Assembly: GCA_001642005.1 (NCBI GenBank)
Contig: LWCA01000139.1
Coordinates: 1 to 48,450 of the forward strand
Length of the DNA: 48,450 bases
Origin: Intoshia linei
Taxonomy: Eukaryota; Animalia; Orthonectida
Direction of reading: 5' to 3'
In this document: positions 37,918 through 48,450 of the stretch, piece after piece
Layout of the letters: each line of letters begins with the position of its first letter
Numbering within the stretch: position 1 is the stretch's first letter
Position numbers and translations under genes: made by a program
Notes under the pieces: model-generated
What the model saw: only the letters and a program-made list of their open reading frames with translations
Told to the model about the DNA's origin: nothing
Database searches by the model: none

Positions 37918-39288
37918 CTAATAAGTATTGAGCTTTGAGCAAAAATCTTGTACATTTTGAATTTTGAATTTATTTTTGTGTTTCACGTAATAAATACGTT
38001 TATGCTTTAATTTTGTAGGTTTAATATTAAACTTGAAATGTTTTCTTTCGTTAGAAAAACATTTTTGATGCAAAGGAGTATGTACATTTGAGGTGTTGAA
38101 ATTTGCAATGTAAGTGTTTGAAGATGAATTGAATTTTGAATTTAAATTATGAAATGAAAATTTTTCATTAAAATCCATACACGAATTTAGATTAGAACTT
38201 TTTGATTCAAATGAAAAATTGGACTCTCCAAATATCGATGGAGATTTTTGGGTTTGCGATTTATATTTTCGAATATTATTGTTTGCACTTTTCATATTCA
38301 TACGTAAAATGTTTATAAAAAAAGAATTTATTCTTCCTCTCATACTACTTTTTTTCCTACACATGGCATTGTTTTTCTTTTCAATTTCTAGAAGTTTTTC
38401 TTCGTATGAATTTACTGTCATGAACCGTAAAACTAACAAGTTCATTGTTGCTGACACAATGGATAACCCGATAAATATAAATATTAAATTAAATGAATAA
38501 TAGCCTAGACTTGATTTTAAATTATTGTCTTTATATCGTACCACAAAATCTCCAAATCCTATGGTTGTTAGTGTTATTAAACAGAAATAACAAGAGTCTA
38601 TATAACTCCAATCCTCAAAGTAGGAAAAAGCAAAACCACCCAGTGTTATTAATAATAAACAACAACTTAAACTAATTATGGTAATAATTTTGTTGTTAAT
38701 TGAATTTTTTTTTATTTCTACATTTTTGTGGATTATGCAGTTTTTTTTGTCTTTTCTGAAATGAACAGAAATGTAATTGTTTGCATACCGTATACATTTC
38801 ATAATTAATGTGTTTATACGTTCACCAACGCATTGCAACATGACTAATCCCATTGGTATTCCTGTTATAGCAAAAAGTATGCAAAATACTTTTCCAAATT
38901 GGGTTCGAGGAGTCACATGTCCATAACCTATAAAATTTAAATATTAAATGGTTTAAAAATTGTGGATATCACCTATTGACGTTAATACTGTAGTCGAGAA
39001 ATATAAAGCACCGTAAAATTTCCACTGTCTGCCATATCTGTATGGTTTGAATTTGATAACATTTAATCTAAATTCTTCAAATTCCTCCAAAGTTATGTTG
39101 TACTTTATCAAAAATTCATTTTCTTCTTTTAATAATGTTTTCGTTTCCATTATTTCATTTTCAGACTCCAAATAATCAAAAATCGCGGCTCCAAATAATA
39201 GATATGTAAATGTACTGGTCATTAAAACCAATGTTCTAATGTTGTCTAATTTCATGTTATTTTCAAAAATGTCACATTTGTGTATCAT
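37918..39288 (-). CDS. TASK-type two-pore-domain K+ channel (KCNK3/9/15-like), paralogue A
   Basis: Two exons with a 45-nt intron (38928-38972) inside TSIG|YG. Motifs NIRTLVL, KYNIT, QWKFYGALYF, GYGH, P2 LTTIGFGDFV, NLLVLRFMT. Start could be the Met at 39255. Confidence 0.92.
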
Positions 39289-40009
39289 AAATTTTAAAAC
39301 ATTTTATTGATTGAAATATCCGTTCAATGTGAGTAATACATTCCAATTATGACTTTAAATATAATGTATATAGTAATTTGTAACATGAAAATTTATATTT
39401 TACAACTTTTTTACTTGTTAGGTAAACGAGATTTTAATCGATATATTATCTAGTTTTCAATAATCATAAAATTGATCATTCTGTGATATCAATTAATGGA
39501 TTTATATTTCCCTTAAATTGCTACATTAATACATAATGTATTGTATTGTTATGTTATAGTTGATTTTGACAATTTTTCATTTTTCAATTGTGAAAATAAC
39601 AATTCATTTTCAGTTTTTAATTTTATTATTAAAAATTTTACTTTCTAAATTAGAAATTTTTGTCTTTTTTATTTTTTTTGGTTTCAAGGTCCATGTCAGT
39701 TTATATCTTGCCTTTTTCAATTGATGTTTTAAAATCTTTAACTACTTTTTAATATCAATTTTCAAAACAGTAAAACCATTGGGTTTTTATAAAATTATTT
39801 TTTAGTAGTCAACAATTTTTGTAAAATTAACGCATTAGATTTATTTACTAGGGCAACTGTTATATACTTCGTACCAACAGGATTCTAATTCTACCGAGGG
39901 CGGATTTTATTATTTCTACCAAAAAAATAAAATTTCAGACAAAAATGCTACTATTCACTATTAACAATCCTTTAAAGTTTAAAGAGTGGTTCCCAAACTT
40001 GTTTTTTCT

Positions 40010-40552
40010 TATAAGATTTGGTAAACTTGATTTTTCAAAAAAATTTAGAAAAAAGGGGATTTTCCCGTTAAGGTTTGGTAAAATTGGATTTTTTATTTTA
40101 GGGTGGGATTAAGTGGGTTTTTCTAAAAAAATTGGAAAAAGGGCTTTTGCTTTAAAGGTTGGTAAATTCAGATTTTCTATTTTGGGGTTGAAATAAGAGT
40201 TTTTTTCTCACCAGATTTGGTAAAATCTGATTTTTCAAAAAAATTGAGGAAAAAGGGGATTTTTCACTTAAGGTTTGGTAAAATTGGATTTTTTATTTTA
40301 GGGTGGGATTAAGTAGGTTTTTCTAAACAAATTGGAAAAAGGGCTTTTGCATTAAAGGTTGGAATAAGAGTTTTTTTTCTTATAAGATTTGGTAAATCGG
40401 ATTTTCGCTTTAAGGGTTGGTAAAATTGGATTTTTATATTGGGGTTGAATTATATAGACTTTTCTTTTCATATTGTTTGGTAAAATCGAATTTTTGAAAA
40501 AAATATTGAAAAAATTGGAATTCTTCCCTAAGGGGTTGGTATATTGGATTTT
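40010..40552. repeat. Degenerate ~30-bp tandem array with a ~200-bp higher-order duplication
   Basis: TTGGTAAAATTGGATTTTT-type units; ~40015-40162 is nearly repeated at ~40214-40362; begins just after a GTGGTTCCCAAAC hAT-like end. Confidence 0.8.
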
Positions 40553-42299
40553 TTATTAACATTAAATATTATTAATACCGGGATAAAAGTGGCATTTTTA
40601 AATAAGAGCGTAGCGGTCGTCTAGGATTTGGGATAAAATCCGACATAAGGCAACTCGGTTTAAAACTACATCAACTAAAAGTACAAATTTGTTATTATCA
40701 TTTTTGTATCATTTGTTAAGACAATGCTTTGCAATATTGGTAAAAGTGATCCGAAATATGTTTTTAAACTGCTGATTCTATTAATTATTGATACATAATT
40801 CGTATTTTTAATTATTTATTAAATTTTCAATGTTAAAATTAGATAAGTCCGCCCTCGGCAGAGTTATGTGCTGTTTGAATGTAGTACAAACACCCAAGCT
40901 AGTATATCTACATATTGGTATATTACAGTAATAATCATTTGGACAAATACAGAATCGGCGAGTTATAGAGTTGGCCAGTTGTATAGAGTAATTAGAGAAA
41001 ATTTTAATGAATTTAACATTTTTAATTGGTTCCGTATAGCTCCACATCGACTTTTCTTACAGCCCTTCGTTAAGAATGAGCGTAGGTTTACTTTTTACCT
41101 TTTCATAATTCTCTCTTGTGTTTTTTTTTCTTTCTGCTACTGTATATATGTGTACTATATCAAATCAGGAGCCACTGAATTAGATCAATTATTGTAAATA
41201 AGTCGTTAAAATATTAAGTTTGCTTCTTGACATTTAAAATATAATATAATTCACTGATTGTACTAATTAATTTACCTAAATCGAATGCTAATATAGGCTG
41301 TATCCTGATTCAGGATTGTTTTTTAAATTTGACTAAAATTTAATTTAAAAAAAAGTTGGCTGATAAAAATATAAATACAGCTGATATTTATATACAAAAC
41401 TTACACTTTAATGTATTACTCATTTTAATAAATGAAGATAAAAAATGTGTACTTTTTTTGTATTAAAATTAACCACAAAACGGTATTTTTATAAATAATA
41501 AGGCTTAATCATTATCAACCGGGCAATTTTGTATACTAGAGTATCATTGCCGGTTGATCGTATATAATTTCTTAGGTATCACCAGATGCTATAGAATTTT
41601 GAATCTTTTGAATAATTTCGAAAATCCTTACTGGTATAAAATTGAAAGTGGTTTGTTTGTTACACGTTTGCATAAAAAATAAAAATTGTACAATTCTACA
41701 AATTTTGTATTATATGCAGTTGTTTATTAAGCTTACCATATACCTTTTGAAATTTTTTTAAACAGATCTCACTGGTCAAAACGCATCTAATAAATTTTAA
41801 TAAAATAAACTTTATTATTGATTATATTTGTTTGTATAAAAGGTACAAAACTTATTGAAAGCTGTTACTGATTATTTTTTGGAAAAAACCAGAATGTATT
41901 GGTGGAAAAATTGAATCATGTAAATACCATGTAACTATTTTTTTAGTAGTTTTATATAACAAAAAAGATCTTGAAAGGTATTGTTCATCAATATTATACA
42001 CTATGTAGTATATTAAGGCTATTCCATTTTGACTTTTTATGAAATCTCGATTCGAGATTCGAATATACAAATTTAATATAAAACACTTCTGTTGTCAAAC
42101 CGGCAGAGAATATATCATACATTTTGTATTTTGATTATTTTTTTAATCAGCATAATTAGTGTCATGTTGTATATGAATGTTGTTTATAATGTCTATCTGA
42201 ATATTAGGGAAAATGGAAAAAAAAACTGAGAAAAAAATGGTTGCTTTATTTTTTTACAATGAAAAATGTTAAGAAAACAAAAAAAGTATAAACGCGGGG

Positions 42300-42970
42300 T
42301 TAATTTTGAACCAAAATAAAAATATTTATATCATTCGACAATAAATTAAATGGGTATCATAATCTATACATGACTATTTTACATTTCAAAAAAAAGTCAA
42401 AAATGAAATAACCCTCTGAAATAAAATGTACATTAATTCATTACAATAGAATAAAAAATATTTTTGAAAAGTTTAAAGAAAATATCAAAAACGGAATTAT
42501 CAAAATAGACATGATCGGTATAAAATTTGATGGTTTAGGTCATTTCTCTAATTGCAGTGTTTTATATGCAAAACCATTTGAAAAATCTACAAAAAAAATA
42601 TCCATTTTGCGAGGTACAAAACAATTCATCTTGTATAAACACTATTTTTAGATAAACTTTTGAAATATTTTATTAAAAACGGTATAGCAAAATACTTCCA
42701 TCATCAAAACGATGCTAATTTTGTATATCATCTACCTCTAGTCCGTATGAAATTATTTAATTAAAAGTAGTGAAACAACTGCTTGTAACGTTGCAGTGTG
42801 AAATGTTTTTGGTGGTCTTTGAGAATCTTGGATGAAAATAATTTTTAACTAGGGTGTAACAAATTATATTGCATTAATCACAGAAGCATACAATGTATGA
42901 GTTTATAGTTACTATATTCTATTCAAAAAAGGATGTCTAGAACTAAAAATTATTGGGAATATTGAGTTTT
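42300..42970 (+). pseudogene. Possible decayed AKAP7/ASCC1/LENG9-like 2H phosphoesterase
   Basis: Fragments IFISFDNK..NLYMTILHF, MIGIKFDGLGHFSNCSVLYAKP, then after a short GT-AG intron DKLLKYFIKNGI..NFVYHLPLVRMK; several stops and frameshifts. Confidence 0.4.
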
Positions 42971-43459
42971 AATTAATAAATTAATAAAATTTAGTCAAAA
43001 AAGTCTTAAAATTAGAAATGTACAAAGATATACCATTCGTCGAGACTGGAAACAAATTGCAATGGGATTTATTTATGTAAACCAAATACATACGACCGAG
43101 ATGAAAATTTTTATGAAACTGTAGATTTTATTATATTTTAAATCATTAATAAAATCTATATCATATACATTCATAAAATTTTCAAATATTTATATTTTGT
43201 GTGTGCATGTTTACACTTAACAACAACTTTGATAATTTATAGTGCTGTCGAATTATTAATCAAACCTTAAAAATAGTATCTTGAATAGATCAGGGATGTC
43301 CAACCAGTGGTCCACTGCTTAAATTCTATTTTTTTATATTTTTTAGTTAAAAAAAGAATATATTTAATTTATTAAATTATAATTGATAAATTATAATTAA
43401 TAATTATAACTATCTAATGATTAATTTTGATAATTATATTACATTACATTGATTCTAAA

Positions 43460-43678
43460 ATATCACAAAAAATGTGCATTGTACGTCTACACATTTCCAA
43501 TAAAAATATATGGGTGAAAATCTATATAATTCATTCCTTCGGAATTTTTTTCATTGCTACACTATTTTTAAATTTCAAATTTTCATTTTCAACATGAATT
43601 TATTTTTTTGGTATAATAAAAATGTGCTTTCGGCAGAGCTAGGTGCTGTTTATACGTAGTACGTAACAGTCAAGCTAG
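43460..43678 (+). mobile_element. Helitron 3' terminal fragment
   Basis: GGCAGAGCTAGG-hairpin-CAGTCAAGCTAG|T; upstream part is an inverted homologue of 30890-31010 and 48300-48410. Confidence 0.7.
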
Positions 43679-44339
43679 TGTATATATAATTTTCATTTAC
43701 AACTACAACATATAATTCCCGTTTTCCCACATTTAATTTTTGTAACATCTAATTTTTAACATAATAACTAAAATTAAAAATTGAATATTTATTTAAAAAT
43801 CATTGATTAGGGCAATTATAAAGAGGGTTGGGGATTAATAGGTTAATTAATAATTCATTCATTTAAATTTATAATTAGACAGTAAATATACACAATATGT
43901 ATTAAACATTAAACATATTATAATATATTGACATATAATATATTATAACATATTGATAAATACTTGCGTATTTAAGATTAAATTAAAAACTATTGATTAA
44001 TTTTAATTTTAAAACATGACATTACTAAATACAAATTATAGTACAGTATATATACAAAAAATCCTATATAGTATATACCACGCTAAAATGGAGTATTTTT
44101 ATAAAAATTTTAATAGCCCACATAAATTTAATCTACTATTTAATCAATACACAATTAATTAAATATCAAATTATTTCCGAAATTTTAAAATAAAAAAAAT
44201 ATAAATTAATAAATACATTACATCAATTTAAATTTTAATCCATATTGACTTTGTATGTTTATATTGACAGTACATCGTGACAAAATATTTGAAAAAATAT
44301 AAATAAAATTTTATCTACAAAGTATACAATTTAAAAATT

Positions 44340-45745
44340 TTAAAGAAGCGAAATATTTTTTCGATCAATCTTTTTGTAAATTGGTTTTCTGCGTTTAGAA
44401 ATGTTATTTTTGTGTTTCCAGTATTTAATTTTTTTACTTTTGGTGTGTCTTTTTAAATAATGTTCAATTTTATTACTATAAGGTTCTTGTGTTTCAGAAA
44501 AATTATTATTAAACATGTCAATATTGTGAAAAATGTTTGATATGGTGGACATTTTGAAAGGTGGTTTTAAATCAAGCATAGATTGGGATTCATAAGTTGG
44601 AGAATAGTTTAAATAATCAGAATATTGACAATCAACATTTAAAAGTTGATTTTTCTTTGATAAGTGCATTTCTAGTCTATTATGTACCGTTACTAAATCA
44701 ATCAAACTGTGGCATGTACTTGAATTGGTTTTCTTTTTAAATATTCTCTGAAATACATCATTTTGAAAGATACTTTTAGAAGACTGGTGATGGGTATTGG
44801 AAATGGATCGCATTTTTTCTACGTCACTGCTAGTTGTGATGAATCTAAGCACCAAGAGATTCATTGCGGCAGAAACCACTGTAAGTCCAAATAAAATAAA
44901 CACTAAACTGAAAACGTAGTATCCTGGACTCGTTTGCATCATTTTATTCTTTTGTAGAGCAACAAAATCGCCGAATCCTATCGTGGTTAGTGTGATTAAG
45001 CAGTAATAACACGAATCCATGTACGACCAATCTTCAAAATGAGAAAAGGTCATAGCTCCCAGACTTACCAGTACCACGCATAATGTTATGCTCACAAATA
45101 TCATGATTGTGCTGTTCAATGTTGAGCTTTTGTTTATTTTTACCAATGAGTTTTGAACATTTTTCGATTTTTTATATTTAATTTTTAAAATACTTTTAAA
45201 AATCTTTTTGGAAGGTTCAGGTTCAAATTTTTCTTTGTAAACTTTTACTTTATCGCTGCACAACCTAGATATACCATTGTGGATTGAGCGGATACAGTAC
45301 ATGATAAATTTATTGAAACGTTCACCGATACTTTGAAACATTATCAATCCCAATGGAATTCCAGCAATAGCGTAGAACATGCAAAATATTTTGCCTTTAT
45401 CAGTCCTTGGCGTAGAATGTCCGTAACCTAATTACATAAATTAAAATCAAAACGAATAAAACCTATAGTGGTCAACACTGTGGTAGAAAAGTATAAAGCT
45501 CCAGTAAACTTCCACTGAATGCCAGATTTGTACGGTTTAGAACGGATTATATTGTATGTGATAATGTTGTAATCTTCATCAGAAATGTTGTATTTCAATT
45601 TAAATATTGTTTCAGCCTCCAACAAGTACTTGGTTTCTTCAATTTCATTTTTTGATTCTAAATGGTCGAAAATTGCTGCACCAAAAAATAAATAAGCAAA
45701 AGTCGTCGTGATCAATACAACCGTTCGGATATTTGCGTGCTTCAT
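44340..45745 (-). CDS. TASK-type two-pore-domain K+ channel (KCNK3/9/15-like), paralogue B
   Basis: Two exons with a 35-nt intron (45428-45462) inside TTIG|YG. Motifs MKHANIRT, KYNIS, GIQWKFTGALYF, GYGHSTP, GIPLGLIMFQSIGER, LTTIGFGDFVALQK, NLLVLRFIT. Confidence 0.95.
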
Positions 45746-47610
45746 CTAAATATTCCGTTAGGAGTATGATATATAATGTTAAAATTATATATTGATTAAC
45801 ACTTTAACTTTAAAAATTAAAATATATAATTATTTTTATCAGATTGATTTTAATTTACTAAATTTTTTTTAAATTCAATAAATCAAATACAAGCCAGTCA
45901 AAAAAAAGAATCACGTTATGAGAATTTAATAGATAATACAAATTTTTATTAGTAATAAATTAACATTGCATTATATCAATAAATTTTATTTTGAATGCAT
46001 TTGTCATATTTTAATTATACATCATGTCAATTTACACATACTTTCTGGTTTTCAACGATCGCCAACATTCCCACGTTATTTAAAATTCAAAATTAGTTTA
46101 AATATCACTTACTACATGTGTAGTTTGACACACATTTCATAATTAATAACCATTTCAATTTTAATCCATCTATGTATAATGTATTATATTTCAATATTTA
46201 TTTCATTCACACTTATTATTTAGTCAACTACTCACTGTGTGATGTAAAAATTTAAAATATATACTTTTTAGAACACTGACGAATCAGGTTGACCTATCGT
46301 CTTTATTTCAATTTAGTCACTCTGTTTTTATTTTTATTCCAATTTATCATTAGTATTTAATCATTCCATTAAAATGTGTATTTTAATTTAATTAGCACAA
46401 TGTAAACTTTACATTGTTTTATTATTTGATTTATTTTTATTTTATATATTTATTACCTTGTTTTAGTACTTATACAATAGTTATTATATTGTTTAGTTAG
46501 TCCAATAATATTAATATAATTATTACACATTTGTAACATTTTTAATCTTTATTATTCTTGTTTAATTTTTTAGAATCAATTTGAAATCAGATAGAGTGTT
46601 ATTTAATTATTAAAATGTTTTCTTCTTCAGTTAGGTAGTATTTTATTGCAGAATTAAAAAAAAATTAATTAAATTCATCGTAAAATTCAACCTCACAAAC
46701 TTGCATCTTCAGGGTTCAAACCCTACATTAATTTTTTTAAAATGTGAAACAATTGATCATGTAAAACGTTTAAAAACTCCAATGAATTGTCAATTCTGAA
46801 AAAAACAAGAGAATCAATCAATGATGTGCTTGAGTTAATCTACATGTACATTAAGCCTTAATGATTAAGGTGTCTCAAAATAAATAAAAAATTATATTTT
46901 TGAACCTTAATGCATAATATTAATGCATTTCAACGAATATTGAAGATAGCCTGGGCATTTAAGTAAAACATAATATTTACTATAAGAATTTATAACAATT
47001 ATACAAATATTGTACATTAGGGTGTCACATTTTTTCGAAAATTTAAGAATTCGATAGGCAATTAGCACTAAAATTATAGTATTACTAAAATAATAACAGA
47101 TTTAGTAATTTCACTTTAGCATTAATAAAATTTTACAAAAAAAATACAATTTTACCAACACTTAAGTGAAAAGTCCCCTTTTTCTAATATATTTTTAAAA
47201 AATCCGATTTTATCAAACCTCAGAAAAAAAGATCACTTACCAAAAGTAAAAATTCAATTTTCCTAATGTTTATTTGAAAACACGATTTTACCAAATTTTA
47301 TGAAAAACCTTTCAATCCAACCTCAAAATATAAATCCAATTACACCAACCCTTAAGTGATTAATCCACTTTTATTAAATTTTTAAAAAATATCTAATTCT
47401 ACAGAACCTCCTTCCGTCGAGAGATTGTAGCGAAAATTTTGTAAAATGGATGCCTTTTTTTAACTTTAATTTAAACTTCGTTACCATAAAAGAATCTATA
47501 CAAATAACAATAAATAAATTATTAATGGTGCGATAGGATAAGTTTATTTAATTTTATGGCAACTCTGGGTCCGAGCATTTAAAAATAAATTAGTCAGATA
47601 CAGTTTAGAC

Positions 47611-47909
47611 CAGCGGTTCTAAAATGGGGGTACTGGTACCCTTTAGAAATACCATAATTATTTTGGGTACCAATTTGTATCAACCTATGATTCACATTTT
47701 ATGATTCATAAATTATAAATATTCTAAAAATTTAATAATATATTTATGTATCTATTTTTGATAAAGTAGAGTTTAACTAACTATTTATTTTATTTAATTT
47801 TTTTAATTCACATGGTATCATAGTTACAATAAATAGAAATTATTATGGTCTACCAAGTTATTTTTTTTAGTTTAGGGGTACCAACTGCGAAGTATGTTGA
47901 GAACCACTG
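47611..47909. mobile_element. hAT (Buster-type) MITE
   Basis: TIRs CAGCGGTTCTAAA / TTGAGAACCACTG; perfect TSD GTTTAGAC. Confidence 0.88.
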
Positions 47910-47929
47910 GTTTAGACCGATTTTGAAAA

Positions 47930-48279
47930 AATCCACTTTTTTGGGATTCTATTTATGATAATGTTTATAATTTTAAAAACTATCACAGAATTTATGTTTT
48001 ATAAAATTATGAGACTTTATTATTTTTAAAAAAAAGGGTTAATTTTGGTTTTTAGTATGAAGATGTAAATTTCTGAGGCTGAGATTTACGACAATGGTAA
48101 TGAATTTAAAACTCGTTCCAGTATATGTGTTTTTTTAAATTTTAAGACTGTTTTATTTAAATAAAATTGTATTTTTGACCCTGAAGAACTCAATTTCATA
48201 AACTGAAATTTGCAATGCTGCAATCACTCTAAAAAACTCTATTATAAAGTGGTTTCTAAATTTTTATATAAGTAATGGA
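47930..48279 (-). mobile_element. Helitron-family 5' portion
   Basis: Similar to 21290-21699; minus-strand start A|TCCATTACTTATATAAAA. Confidence 0.65.
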
Positions 48280-48450
48280 TGTAATGTATATAAAATATTT
48301 TGAAAATGAGAATTTGAAATTTAAAAATTGCGAAGGAATGAATTATATAGATTTTCACCCATATTTCTGTATTAGAAATGTGAAAATGTTTAATTTACAT
48401 TTTTTTTTGAAATTGTAGGATCAATATTTATATTTTCAATTTTTATTTTA

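Noticed and set aside
1788-38675. Antisense/shadow ORFs (1788, 8717, 19778, 35683, 38219, 38493) and ORFs inside repeats (3390, 11817, 11842, 22662, 31388, 35104)
   Set aside because: They lie opposite real exons or within TE and low-complexity DNA and show no protein motifs.
40010-40552. CRISPR-like array (also 3290-3600)
   Set aside because: Units are degenerate and contiguous with no unique spacers; the context is eukaryotic and has no cas genes.
40808-41197. ORFs 40808(-) and 40868(+) as genes
   Set aside because: Both overlap a Helitron 3' terminus and lack recognisable motifs or a consistent splice model.

Overview
Very AT-rich, intron-containing animal genomic DNA, not prokaryotic. 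Most introns are 35-50 nt GT-AG, and the few long introns are filled with transposon relics. The muscleblind ZF2 spacing is invertebrate-type. The compact, AT-rich, tiny-intron style resembles reduced parasite genomes such as the orthonectid Intoshia, but that attribution is inference only. Host genes spliced by hand: RBM26/27 (-, runs off the left edge); an NWD1/NWD2-like DUF4062+NACHT gene (+, no WD40 exons visible before a single-N join at 13249); an alpha-arrestin (+); an RPUSD2-like pseudouridine synthase (-); a small RING protein (-); muscleblind (-); tRNA-Pro(TGG) (-); two tandem TASK-type K2P channels (-); and a probable decayed 2H-phosphoesterase. The rest is a dense layer of DNA transposons: two Chapaev3-like (CMC) elements, a Tc3-like IR-DR element nested in a hAT derivative, a Buster-type hAT remnant, many hAT/pogo MITEs with TSDs, and a multi-copy non-autonomous Helitron family. 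Best leads are a possible muscleblind autoregulatory switch, an intron present in only one of two related transposases, a sensor-less NACHT gene and asymmetric divergence of the TASK paralogues. I found no unambiguous wholly new system. All family calls come from motif recognition, not database searches.
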